From: Auanema rhodensis
Taxonomy: Eukaryota; Animalia; Nematoda
Assembly (NCBI GenBank): GCA_964057225.1
Contig: CAXKVF010000078.1
Span: 62,001-126,000 of the forward strand
Direction: 5' to 3'
Length of the DNA stretch: 64,000 bases
Both the position numbers and the translations under genes were made by a program. Shown here in pieces: positions 42,601 to 57,300 of this stretch. Every line of letters begins with the position of its first letter. Within the stretch, counting starts at the first letter, position 1. The notes below the pieces were generated by a model, which worked only from the letters and a program-made list of their open reading frames with translations, did no database searches and was not told the origin of the DNA.

Positions 42601-45300
42601 ACCGCATTTCTTTATCTTTCACGTGAAGCGAGTTACATACCAAGTGCACATCACGTGTACATTTAATTAGCATAAATTAAAGTTCACGTAAATTTCAAAG
42701 TCATGGTTACCATGCACCAATATCAATAAAAATTTGTTTTCAGACTAATATGGACATGGGGAATCTAATTTTGAAAACCGCATCTCTTTATCTTTCACGT
42801 GAAGCGAGTTACATACCAAGTGCACATCACGTGTACATTTAATTAGCATAAATTAAAGTTCACGTAAATTTCAAAGTCATGGTTACCATGAACCAATATC
42901 AATAAAAATTTGTTTTTAGACTAATATGGACATGGGGAATCTAATTTTGAAAACCGCATCTCTTTATCTTTCACGTGAAGCGAGTTACATACCAAGTGCA
43001 CATCACGTGTACATTTAATTAGCATAAATTAAAGTTCACGTAAACTTCAAAGTCATGGTTACCATGAAGCAATATCAATAAAAATTTGTTTTTAGACTAA
43101 TATGGACATGGGGAATCTAATTTTGAAAACCGCATCTCTTTATCTTTCACGTGAAGCGAGTTACATACCAAGTGCACATCACGTGTACATTTAATTAGCA
43201 TAAATTAAAGTTCACGTAAATTTCAAAGTCATGGTTACCATGAACCAATATCAATAAAAATTTGTTTTTAGACTAATATGGACATGGGGAATCTAATTTT
43301 GAAAACCGCATCTCTTTATCTTTCACGTGAAGCGAGTTACATACCGAGTGCACATCACGTGTACATTTAATTAGCATAAATTAAAGTTCACGTAAATTTC
43401 AAAGTCATGGTTACCATGAAGCAATATTAATAAAAATTTGTTTTTAGACTAATATGGACATGGGGAATCTAATTTTGAAAACCGCATCTCTTTATCTTTC
43501 ACGTGAAGCGAGTTATATACCAAGTGCACATCACGTGTACATTTAATTAGCATAAATTAAAGTTCACGTAAATTTCAAAGTCATGGTTACCATGCACCAA
43601 TATCAATAAAAATTTGTTTTTAGACTAATATGGACATGGGGAATCTAATTTTGAAAACCGCATCTCTTTATCTTTCACGTGAAGCGAGTTACATACCAAG
43701 TGCACATCACGTGTACATTTAATTAGCATAAATTAAAGTTCACGTAAATTTCAAAGTCATGGTTACCATGAACCAATATCAATAAAAATTTGTTTTCAGA
43801 CTAATATGGACATGGGGAATCTAATTTTGAAAACCGCATCTCTTTATCTTTCACGTGAAGCGAGTTACATACCAAGTGCACATCACGTGTACATTTAATT
43901 AGCATAAATTAAAGTTCACGTAAATTTCAAAGTCATGGTTACCATGAAGCAATATTAATAAAAATTTGTTTTTAGACTAATATGGACATGGGGAATCTAA
44001 TTTTGAAAACCGCATCTCTTTATCTTTCACGTGAAGCGAGTTATATACCAAGTGCACATCACGTGTACATTTAATTAGCATAAATTAAAGTTCACGTAAA
44101 TTTCAAAGTCATGGTTACCATGCACCAATATCAATAAAAATTTGTTTTTAGACTAATATGGACATGGGGAATCTAATTTTGAAAACCGCATCTCTTTATC
44201 TTTCACGTGAAGCGAGTTACATACCAAGTGCACATCACGTGTACATTTAATTAGCATAAATTAAAGTTCACGTAAATTTCAAAGTCATGGTTACCATGAA
44301 CCAATATCAATAAAAATTTGTTTTCAGACTAATATGGACATGGGGAATCTAATTTTGAAAACCGCATCTCTTTATCTTTCACGTGAAGCGAGTTACATAC
44401 CAAGTGCACATCACGTGTACATTTAATTAGCATAAATTAAAGTTCACGTAAATTTCAAAGTCATGGTTACCATGAAGCAATATCAATAAAAATTTGTTTT
44501 TAGACTAATATGGACATGGGGAATCTAATTTTGAAAACCGCATCTCTTTATCTTTCACGTGAAGCGAGTTACATACCAAGTGCACATCACGTGTACATTT
44601 AATTAGCATAAATTAAAGTTCACGTAAATTTCAAAGTCATGGTTACCATGAACCAATATCAATAAAAATTTGTTTTTAGACTAATATGGACATGGGGAAT
44701 CTAATTTTGAAAACCGCATCTCTTTATCTTTCACGTGAAGCGAGTTACATACCAAGTGCACATCACGTGTACATTTAATTAGCATAAATTAAAGTTCACG
44801 TAAAATTCAAAGTCATGGTTACCATGCACCAATATCAATAAAAATTTGTTTTTAGACTAATATGGACATGGGGAATCTAATTTTGAAAACCGCATCTCTT
44901 TATCTTTCACGTGAAGCGAGTTACATACCAAGTGCACATCACGTGTACATTTAATTAGCATAAATTAAAGTTCACGTAAATTTCAAAGTCATGGTTACCA
45001 TGAACCAATATCAATAAAAATTTGTTTTTAGACTAATATGGACATGGGGAATCTAATTTTGAAAACCGCATCTCTTTATCTTTCACGTGAAGCGAGTTAC
45101 ATACCAAGTGCACATCACGTGTACATTTAATTAGCATAAATTAAAGTTCACGTAAATTTCAAAGTCATGGTTACCATGAACCAATATCAATAAAAATTTG
45201 TTTTTAGACTAATATGGACATGGGGAATCTAATTTTGAAAACCGCATCTCTTTATCTTTCACGTGAAGCGAGTTATATACCAAGTGCACATCACGTGTAC
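33620..45300. repeat. Large tandem duplication (36/34-monomer period, ~6 kb) containing nested 12/14-, 3- and 2-monomer repeats
   Basis: Marker pairs 33757/40093, 34117/40453 and 34898/41234 are offset by 6336 = 36x176. Pairs 37362/43346, 38821/44805 and 39292/45276 are offset by 5984 = 34x176. Confidence 0.9.
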
Positions 45301-48300
45301 ATTTAATTAGCATAAATTAAAGTTCACGTAAATTTCAAAGTCATGGTTACCATGAAGCAATATTAATAAAAATTTGTTTTTAGACTAATATGGACATGGG
45401 GAATCTAATTTTGAAAACCGCATCTCTTTATCTTTCACGTGAAGCGAGTTACATACCAAGTGCACATCACGTGTACATTTAATTAGCATAAATTAAAGTT
45501 CACGTAAATTTCAAAGTCATGGTTACCATGAACCAATATCAATAAACATTTGTTTTTAGACTAATATGGACATGGGGAATCTAATTTTGAAAACCGCATC
45601 TCTTTATCTTTCACGTGAAGCGAGTTACATACCAAGTGCACATCACGTGTACATTTAATTAGCATAAATTAAAGTTCACGTAAATTTCAAAGTCATGGTT
45701 ACCATGCACCAATATCAATAAAAATTTGTTTTTAGACTAATATGGACATGGGGAATCTAATTTTGAAAACCGCATCTCTTTATCTTTCACGTGAAGCGAG
45801 TTACATACCAAGTGCACATCACGTGTACATTTAATTAGCATAAATTAAAGTTCACGTAAATTTCAAAGTCATGGTTACCATGAACCAATATCAATAAAAA
45901 TTTGTTTTCAGACTAATATGGACATGGGGAATCTAATTTTGAAAACCGCATCTCTTTATCTTTCACGTGAAGCGAGTTACATACCAAGTGCACATCACGT
46001 GTACATTTAATTAGCATAAATTAAAGTTCACGTAAATTTCAAAGTCATGGTTACCATGAAGCAATATCAATAAAAATTTGTTTTTAGACTAATATGGACA
46101 TGGGGAATCTAATTTTGAAAACCGCATCTCTTTATCTTTCACGTGAAGCGAGTTACATACCAAGTGCACATCACGTGTACATTTAATTAGCATAAATTAA
46201 AGTTCACGTAAATTTCAAAGTCATGGTTACCATGAACCAATATCAATAAAAATTTGTTTTTAGACTAATATGGACATGGGGAATCTAATTTTGAAAACCG
46301 CATCTCTTTATCTTTCACGTGAAGCGAGTTACATACCAAGTGCACATCACGTGTACATTTAATTAGCATAAATTAAAGTTCACGTAAAATTCAAAGTCAT
46401 GGTTACCATGCACCAATATCAATAAAAATTTGTTTTTAGACTAATATGGACATGGGGAATCTAATTTTGAAAACCGCATCTCTTTATCTTTCACGTGAAG
46501 CGAGTTACATACCAAGTGCACATCACGTGTACATTTAATTAGCATAAATTAAAGTTCACGTAAATTTCAAAGTCATGGTTACCATGAACCAATATCAATA
46601 AAAATTTGTTTTTAGACTAATATGGACATGGGGAATCTAATTTTGAAAACCGCATCTCTTTATCTTTCACGTGAAGCGAGTTACATACCAAGTGCACATC
46701 ACGTGTACATTTAATTAGCATAAATTAAAGTTCACGTAAATTTCAAAGTCATGGTTACCATGAACCAATATCAATAAAAATTTGTTTTTAGACTAATATG
46801 GACATGGGGAATCTAATTTTGAAAACCGCATCTCTTTATCTTTCACGTGAAGCGAGTTATATACCAAGTGCACATCACGTGTACATTTAATTAGCATAAA
46901 TTAAAGTTCACGTAAATTTCAAAGTCATGGTTACCATGCACCAATATCAATAAAAATTTGTTTTTAGACTAATATGGACATGGGGAATCTAATTTTGAAA
47001 ACCGCATCTCTTTATCTTTCACGTGAAGCGAGTTACATACCAAGTGCACATCACGTGTACATTTAATTAGCATAAATTAAAGTTCACGTAAATTTCAAAG
47101 TCATGGTTACCATGAACCAATATCAATAAAAATTTGTTTTCAGACTAATATGGACATGGGGAATCTAATTTTGAAAACCGCATCTCTTTATCTTTCACGT
47201 GAAGCGAGTTACATACCAAGTGCACATCACGTGTACATTTAATTAGCATAAATTAAAGTTCACGTAAATTTCAAAGTCATGGTTACCATGAAGCAATATC
47301 AATAAAAATTTGTTTTTAGACTAATATGGACATGGGGAATCTAATTTTGAAAACCGCATCTCTTTATCTTTCACGTGAAGCGAGTTACATACCAAGTGCA
47401 CATCACGTGTACATTTAATTAGCATAAATTAAAGTTCACGTAAATTTCAAAGTCATGGTTACCATGAACCAATATCAATAAAAATTTGTTTTTAGACTAA
47501 TATGGACATGGGGAATCTAATTTTGAAAACCGCATCTCTTTATCTTTCACGTGAAGCGAGTTACATACCAAGTGCACATCACGTGTACATTTAATTAGCA
47601 TAAATTAAAGTTCACGTAAAATTCAAAGTCATGGTTACCATGCACCAATATCAATAAAAATTTGTTTTTAGACTAATATGGACATGGGGAATCTAATTTT
47701 GAAAACCGCATCTCTTTATCTTTCACGTGAAGCGAGTTACATACCAAGTGCACATCACGTGTACATTTAATTAGCATAAATTAAAGTTCACGTAAATTTC
47801 AAAGTCATGGTTACCATGAACCAATATCAATAAAAATTTGTTTTTAGACTAATATGGACATGGGGAATCTAATTTTGAAAACCGCATCTTTTATCTTTCA
47901 CGTGAAGCGAGTTACATACCAAGTGCACATCACGTGTACATTTAATTAGCATAAATTAAAGTTCACGTAAATTTCAAAGTCATGGTTACCATGAACCAAT
48001 ATCAATAAAAATTTGTTTTTAGACTAATATGGACATGGGGAATCTAATTTCGAAAACCGCATCTCTTTATCTTTCACGTGAAGCGAGTTACATACCAAGT
48101 GCACATCACGTGTACATTTAATTAGCATAAATTAAAGTTCACGTAAATTTCAAAGTCATGGTTACCATGAAGCAATATCAATAAAAATTTGTTTTTTAGA
48201 CTAATATGGACATGGGGAATCTAATTTTGAAAACCGCATCTCTTTATCTTTCACGTGAAGCGAGTTACATACCAAGTGCACATCACGTGTACATTTAATT

Positions 48301-51300
48301 AGCATAAATTAAAGTTCACGTAAAATTCAAAGTCATGGTTACCATGAACCAATATCAATAAAAATTTGTTTTTAGACTAATATGGACATGGGGAATCTAA
48401 TTTTGAAAACCGCATCTCTTTATCTTTCACGTGAAGCGAGTTACATACCAAGTGCACATCACGTGTACATTTAATTAGCATAAATTAAAGTTCACGTAAA
48501 ATTCAAAGTCATGGTTACCATGCACCCAATATCAATAAAAATTTGTTTTTAGACTAATATGGACATGGGGAATCTAATTTTGAAAACCGCATCTCTTTAT
48601 CTTTCACGTGAAGCGAGTTACATACCAAGTGCACATCACGTGTACATTTAATTAGCATAAATTAAAGTCACGTAAATTTCAAAGTCATGGTTACCATGAA
48701 CCAATATCAATAAAAATTTGTTTTTAGACTAATATGGACATGGGGAATCTAATTTTGAAAACCGCATCTCTTTATCTTTCACGTGAAGCGAGTTACATAC
48801 CAAGTGCACATCACGTGTACATTTAATTAGCATAAATTAAAGTTCACGTAAATTTCAAAGTCATGGTTACCATGAACCAATATCAATAAAAATTTGTTTT
48901 TAGACTAATATGGACATGGGGAATCTAATTTCGAAAACCGCATCTCTTTATCTTTCACGTGAAGCGAGTTACATACCAAGTGCACATCACGTGTACATTT
49001 AATTAGCATAAATTAAAGTTCACGTAAATTTCAAAGTCATGGTTACCATGAAGCAATATCAATAAAAATTTGTTTTTAGACTAATATGGACATGGGGAAT
49101 CTAATTTTGAAAACCGCATCTCTTTATCTTTCACGTGAAGCGAGTTACATACCAAGTGCACATCACGTGTACATTTAATTAGCATAAATTAAAGTTCACG
49201 TAAATTTCAAAGTCATGGTTACCATGAACCAATATCAATAAAAATTTGTTTTTAGACTAATATGGACATGGGGAATCTAATTTTGAAAACCGCATCTCTT
49301 TATCTTTCACGTGAAGCGAGTTACATACCAAGTGCACATCACGTGTACATTTAATTAGCATAAATTAAAGTTCACGTAAATTTCAAAGTCATGGTTACCA
49401 TGAACCAATATCAATAAAAATTTGTTTTTAGACTAATATGGACATGGGGAATCTAATTTTGAAAACCGCATCTCTTTATCTTTCACGTGAAGCGAGTTAC
49501 ATACCAAGTGCACATCACGTGTACATTTAATTAGCATAAATTAAAGTTCACGTAAATTTCAAAGTCATGGTTACCATGAACCAATATCAATAAAAATTTG
49601 TTTTTAGACTAATATGGACATGGGGAATCTAATTTCGAAAACCGCATCTCTTTATCTTTCACGTGAAGCGAGTTACATACCAAGTGCACATCACGTGTAC
49701 ATTTAATTAGCATAAATTAAAGTTCACGTAAATTTCAAAGTCATGGTTACCATGAAGCAATATCAATAAAAATTTGTTTTTAGACTAATATGGACATGGG
49801 GAATCTAATTTTGAAAACCGCATCTCTTTATCTTTCACGTGAAGCGAGTTACATACCAAGTGCACATCACGTGTACATTTAATTAGCATAAATTAAAGTT
49901 CACGTAAATTTCAAAGTCATGGTTACCATGAACCAATATCAATAAAAATTTGTTTTTAGACTAATATGGACATGGGGAATCTAATTTTGAAAACCGCATC
50001 TCTTTATCTTTCACGTGAAGCGAGTTACATACCAAGTGCACATCACGTGTACATTTAATTAGCATAAATTAAAGTTCACGTAAATTTCAAAGTCATGGTT
50101 ACCATGAACCAATATCAATAAAAATTTGTTTTTAGACTAATATGGACATGGGGAATCTAATTTTGAAAACCGCATCTCTTTATCTTTCACGTGAAGCGAG
50201 TTACATACCAAGTGCACATCACGTGTACATTTAATTAGCATAAATTAAAGTTCACGTAAATTTCAAAGTCATGGTTACCATGAAGCAATATCAATAAAAA
50301 TTTGTTTTTAGACTAATATGGACATGGGGAATCTAATTTTGAAAACCGCATCTCTTTATCTTTCACGTGAAGCGAGTTACATACCAAGTGCACATCACGT
50401 GTACATTTAATTAGCATAAATTAAAGTTCACGTAAATTTCAAAGTCATGGTTACCATGAACCAATATCAATAAAAATTTGTTTTTAGACTAATATGGACA
50501 TGGGGAATCTAATTTTGAAAACCGCATCTCTTTATCTTTCACGTGAAGCGAGTTACATACCAAGTGCACATAACGTGTACATTTAATTAGCATAAATTAA
50601 AGTTCACGTAAATTTCAAAGTCATGGTTACCATGAACCAATATCAATAAAAATTTGTTTTTAGACTAATATGGACATGGGGAATCTAATTTTGAAAACCG
50701 CATTTCTTTATCTTTCACGTGAAGCGAGTTACATACCAAGTGCACATCACGTGTACATTTAATTAGCATAAATTAAAGTTCACGTAAATTTCAAAGTCAT
50801 GGTTACCATGAAGCAATATCAATAAAAATCTGTTTTTAGACTAATATGGACATGGGGAATCTAATTTTGAAAACCGCATCTCTTTATCTTTCACGTGAAG
50901 CGAGTTACATACCAAGTGCACATCACGTGTACATTTAATTAGCATAAATTAAAGTTCACGTAAATTTCAAAGTCATGGTTACCATGAACCAATATCAATA
51001 AAAATTTGTTTTTAGACTAATATGAACATGGGGAATCTAATTTTGAAAACCGCATCTCTTTATCTTTCACGTGAAGCGAGTTACATACCAAGTGCACATC
51101 ACGTGTACATTTAATTAGCATAAATTAAAGTTCACGTAAATTTCAAAGTCATGGTTACCATGAACCAATATCAATAAAAATTTGTTTTTAGACTAATATG
51201 GACATGGGGAATCTAATTTTGAAAACCGCATTTCTTTATCTTTCACGTGAAGCGTGTTACATACCAAGTGCACATCACGTGTACATTTAATTAGCATAAA

Positions 51301-54300
51301 TTAAAGTTCACGTAAATTTCAAAGTCATGGTTACCATGCACCAATATCAATAAAAATTTGTTTTCATACTAATATGGACATGGGGAATCTAATTTTGAAA
51401 ACCGCATCTCTTTATCTTTCACGTGAAGCGAGTTACATACCAAGTGCACATCACGTGTACATTTAATTAGCATAAATTAAAGTTCACGTAAATTTCAAAG
51501 TCATGGTTACCATGAACCAATATCAATAAAAATTTGTTTTTAGATTAATATGGACATGGGGAATCTAATTTTGAAAACCGCATCTCTTTATCTTTCACGT
51601 GAAGCGAGTTACATACCAAGTGCACATCACGTGTACATTTAATTAGCATAAATTAAAGTTCACGTAAATTTCAAAGTCATGGTTACCATGAACCAATATC
51701 AATAAAAATTTGTTTTTAGACTAATATGGACATGGGGAATCTAATTTTGAAAACCGCATCTCTTTATCTTTCACGTGAAGCGAGTTACATACCAAGTGCA
51801 CATCACGTGTACATTTAATTAGCATAAATTAAAGTTCACGTAAATTTCAAAGTCATGGTTACCATGAACCAATATCAATAAAAATTTGTTTTTAGACTAA
51901 TATGGACATGGGGAATCTAATTTTGAAAACCGCATCTCTTTATCTTTCACGTGAAGCGAGTTACATACCAAGTGCACATCACGTGTACATTTAATTAGCA
52001 TAAATTAAAGTTCACGTAAATTTCAAAGTCATGGTTACCATGAACCAATATCAATAAAAATTTGTTTTTAGACTAATATGGACATGGGGAATCTAATTTT
52101 GAAAACCGCATCTCTTTATCTTTCACGTGAAGCGAGTTACATACCAAGTGCACATCACGTGTACATTTAATTAGCATAAATTAAAGTTCACGTAAATTTC
52201 AAAGTCATGGTTACCATGCACCAATATCAATAAAAATTTGTTTTCAGACTAATATGGACATGGGGAATCTAATTTTGAAAACCGCATCTCTTTATCTTTC
52301 ACGTGAAGCGAGTTACATACCAAGTGCACATCACGTGTACATTTAATTAGCATAAATTAAAGTTCACGTAAATTTCAAAGTCATGGTTACCATGAACCAA
52401 TATCAATAAAAATTTGTTTTTAGACTAATATGGACATGGGGAATCTAATTTTGAAAACCGCATCTCTTTATCTTTCACGTGAAGCGAGTTACATACCAAG
52501 TGCACATCACGTGTACATTTAATTAGCATAAATTAAAGTTCACGTAAATTTCAAAGTCATGGTTACCATGAAGCAATATCAATAAAAATTTGTTTTTAGA
52601 CTAATATGGACATGGGGAATCTAATTTTGAAAACCGCATCTCTTTATCTTTCACGTGAAGCGAGTTACATACCAAGTGCACATCACGTGTACATTTAATT
52701 AGCATAAATTAAAGTTCACGTAAATTTCAAAGTCATGGTTACCATGAACCAATATCAATAAAAATTTGTTTTTAGACTAATATGGACATGGGGAATCTAA
52801 TTTTGAAAACCGCATCTCTTTATCTTTCACGTGAAGCGAGTTACATACCAAGTGCACATCACGTGTACATTTAATTAGCATAAATTAAAGTTCACGTAAA
52901 TTTCAAAGTCATGGTTACCATGAACCAATATCAATAAAAATTTGTTTTTAGACTAATATGGACATGGGGAATCTAATTTTGAAAACCGCATCTCTTTATC
53001 TTTCACGTGAAGCGAGTTACATACCAAGTGCACATCACGTGTACATTTAATTAGCATAAATTAAAGTTCACGTAAATTTCAAAGTCATGGTTACCATGAA
53101 CCAATATCAATAAAAATTTGTTTTTAGACTAATATGGACATGGGGAATCTAATTTTGAAAACCGCATCTCTTTATCTTTCACGTGAAGCGAGTTACATAC
53201 CAAGTGCACATCACGTGTACATTTAATTAGCATAAATTAAAGTTCACGTAAATTTCAAAGTCATGGTTACCATGAACCAATATCAATAAAAATTTGTTTT
53301 TAGACTAATATGGACATGGGGAATCTAATTTTGAAAACCGCATCTCTTTATCTTTCACGTGAAGCGAGTTACATACCAAGTGCACATCACGTGTACATTT
53401 AATTAGCATAAATTAAAGTTCACGTAAATTTCAAAGTCATGGTTACCATGAACCAATATCAATAAAAATTTGTTTTTAGACTAATATGGACATGGGGAAT
53501 CTAATTTTGAAAACCGCATCTCTTTATCTTTCACGTGAAGCGAGTTACATACCAAGTGCACATCACGTGTACATTTAATTAGCATAAATTAAAGTTCACG
53601 TAAATTTCAAAGTCATGGTTACCATGAAGCAATATCAATAAAAATTTGTTTTTAGACTAATATGGACATGGGGAATCTAATTTTGAAAACCGCATCTTTT
53701 TATCTTTCACGTGAAGCGAGTTACATACCAAGTGCACATCACGTGTACATTTAATTAGCATAAATTAAAGTTCACGTAAATTTCAAAGTCATGGTTACCA
53801 TGAAGCAATATCAATAAAAATTTGTTGTTAGACTAATATGGACATGGGGAATCTAATTTTGAAAACCGCATCTCTTTATCTTTCACGTGAAGCGAGTTAC
53901 ATACCAAGTGCACATCACGTGTACATTTAATTAGCATAAATTAAAGTTCACGTAAATTTCAAAGTCATGGTTACCATGAACCAATATCAATAAAAATTTG
54001 TTTTTAGACTAATATGGACATGGGGAATCTAATTTTGAAAACCGCATCTCTTTATCTTTCACGTGAAGCGAGTTACATACCAAGTGCACATCACGTGTAC
54101 ATTTAATTAGCATAAATTAAAGTTCACGTAAATTTCAAAGTCATGGTTACCATGAACCAATATCAATAAAAATTTGTTTTTAGACTAATATGGACATGGG
54201 GAATCTAATTTTGAAAACCGCATCTCTTTATCTTTCACGTGAAGCGAGTTACATACCAAGTGCACATCACGTGTACATTTAATTAGCATAAATTAAAGTT

Positions 54301-57300
54301 CACGTAAATTTCAAAGTCATGGTTACCATGAAGCAATATCAATAAAAATTTGTTGTTAGACTAATATGGACATGGGGAATCTAATTTTGAAAACCGCATC
54401 TCTTTATCTTTCACGTGAAGCGAGTTACATACCAAGTGCACATCACGTGTACATTTAATTAGCATAAATTAAAGTTCACGTAAATTTCAAAGTCATGGTT
54501 ACCATGAACCAATATCAATAAAAATTTGTTTTTAGACTAATATGGACATGGGGAATCTAATTTTGAAAACCGCATCTCTTTATCTTTCACGTGAAGCGAG
54601 TTACATACCAAGTGCACATCACGTGTACATTTAATTAGCATAAATTAAAGTTCACGTAAATTTCAAAGTCATGGTTACCATGCACCAATATCAATAAAAA
54701 TTTGTTTTTAGACTAATATGGACATGGGGAATCTAATTTTGAAAACCGCATTTCTTTATCTTTCACGTGAAGCGAGTTACATACCAAGTGCACATCACGT
54801 GTACATTTAATTAGCATAAATTAAAGTTCACGTAAATTTCAAAGTCATGGTTACCATGCACCAATATCAATAAAAATTTGTTTTTAGACTAATATGGACA
54901 TGGGGAATCTAATTTTGAAAACCGCATCTCTTTATCTTTCACGTGAAGCGAGTTACATACCAAGTGCACATCACGTGTACATTTAATTAGCATAAATTAA
55001 AGTTCACGTAAATTTCAAAGTCATGGTTACCATGAACCAATATCAATAAAAATTTGTTTTTAGACTAATATGGACATGGGGAATCTAATTTTGAAAACCG
55101 CATCTCTTTATCTTTCACGTGAAGCGAGTTACATACCAAGTGCACATCACGTGTACATTTAATTAGCATAAATTAAAGTTCACGTAAATTTCAAAGTCAT
55201 GGTTACCATGCACCAATATCAATAAAAATTTGTTTTTAGACTAATATGGACATGGGGAATCTAATTTTGAAAACCGCATCTCTTTATCTTTCACGTGAAG
55301 CGAGTTACATACCAAGTGCACATCACGTGTACATTCAATTAGCATAAATTAAAGTTCACGTAAATTTCAAAGTCATGGTTACCATGCACCAATATCAATA
55401 AAAATTTGTTTTTAGACTAATATGGACATGGGGAATCTAATTTTGAAAACCGCATCTCTTTATCTTTCACGTGAAGCGAGTTACATACCAAGTGCACATC
55501 ACGTGTACATTTAATTAGCATAAATTAATGTTCACGTAAATTTCAAAGTCATGGTTACCATGAACCAATATCAATAAAAATTTGTTTTTAGACTAATATG
55601 GACATGGGGCATCTAATTTTGAAAACCGCATCTCTTTATCTTTCACGTGAAGCGAGTTACATACCAAGTGCACATCACGTGTACATTTAATTAGCATAAA
55701 TTAAAGTTCACGTAAATTTCAAAGTCATGGTTACCATGAACCAATATCAATAAAAATTTGTTTTTAGACTAATATGGACATGGGGAATCTAATTTTGAAA
55801 ACCGCATCTCTTTATCTTTCACGTGAAGCGAGTTACATACCAAGTGCACATCACGTGTACATTTAATTAGCATAAATTAAAGTTCACGTAAATTTCAAAG
55901 TCATGGTTACCATGAACCAATATCAATAAAAATTTGTTTTTAGACTAATATGGACATGGGGAATCTAATTTTGAAAACCGCATCTCTTTATCTTTCACGT
56001 GAAGCGAGTTACATACCAAGTGCACATCACGTGTACATTTAATTAGCATAAATTAAAGTTCACGTAAATTTCAAAGTCATGGTTACCATGAACCAATATC
56101 AATAAAAATTTGTTTTTAGACTAATATGGACATGGGGAATCTAATTTTGAAAACCGCATCTCTTTATCTTTCACGTGAAGCGAGTTACATACCAAGTGCA
56201 CATCACGTGTACATTTAATTAGCATAAATTAAAGTTCACGTAAATTTCAAAGTCATGGTTACCATGAACCAATATCAATAAAAATTTGTTTTTAGACTAA
56301 TATGGACATGGGGAATCTAATTTTGAAAACCGCATCTCTTTATCTTTCACGTGAAGCGAGTTACATACCAAGTGCACATCACGTGTACATTTAATTAGCA
56401 TAAATTAAAGTTCACGTAAATTTCAAAGTCATGGTTACCATGAACCAATATCAATAAAAATTTGTTTTTAGACTAATATGGACATGGGGAATCTAATTTT
56501 GAAAACCGCATCTCTTTATCTTTCACGTGAAGCGAGTTACATACCAAGTGCACATCACGTGTACATTTAATTAGCATAAATTAAAGTTCACGTAAATTTC
56601 AAAGTCATGGTTACCATGAAGCAATATCAATAAAAATTTGTTTTTAGACTAATATGGACATGGGGAATCTAATTTTGAAAACCGCATCTCTTTATCTTTC
56701 ACGTGAAGCGAGTTACATACCAAGTGCACATCACGTGTACATTTAATTAGCATAAATTAAAGTTCACGTAAACTTCAAAGTCATGGTTACCATGAAGCAA
56801 TATCAATAAAAATTTGTTTTTAGACTAATATGGACATGGGGAATCTAATTTTGAAAACCGCATCTCTTTATCTTTCACGTGAAGCGAGTTACATACCAAG
56901 TGCACATCACGTGTACATTTAATTAGCATAAATTAAAGTTCACGTAAACTTCAAAGTCATGGTTACCATGAAGCAATATCAATAAAAATTTGTTTTTAGA
57001 CTAATATGGACATGGGGAATCTAATTTTGAAAACCGCATCTCTTTATCTTTCACGTGAAGCGAGTTACATACCAAGTGCACATCACGTGTACATTTAATT
57101 AGCATAAATTAAAGTTCACGTAAATTTCAAAGTCATGGTTACCATGAACCAATATCAATAAAAATTTGTTTTTAGACTAATATGGACATGGGGAATCTAA
57201 TTTTGAAAACCGCATCTCTTTATCTTTCACGTGAAGCGAGTTACATACCAAGTGCACATCACGTGTACATTTAATTAGCATAAATTAAAGTTCACGTAAA

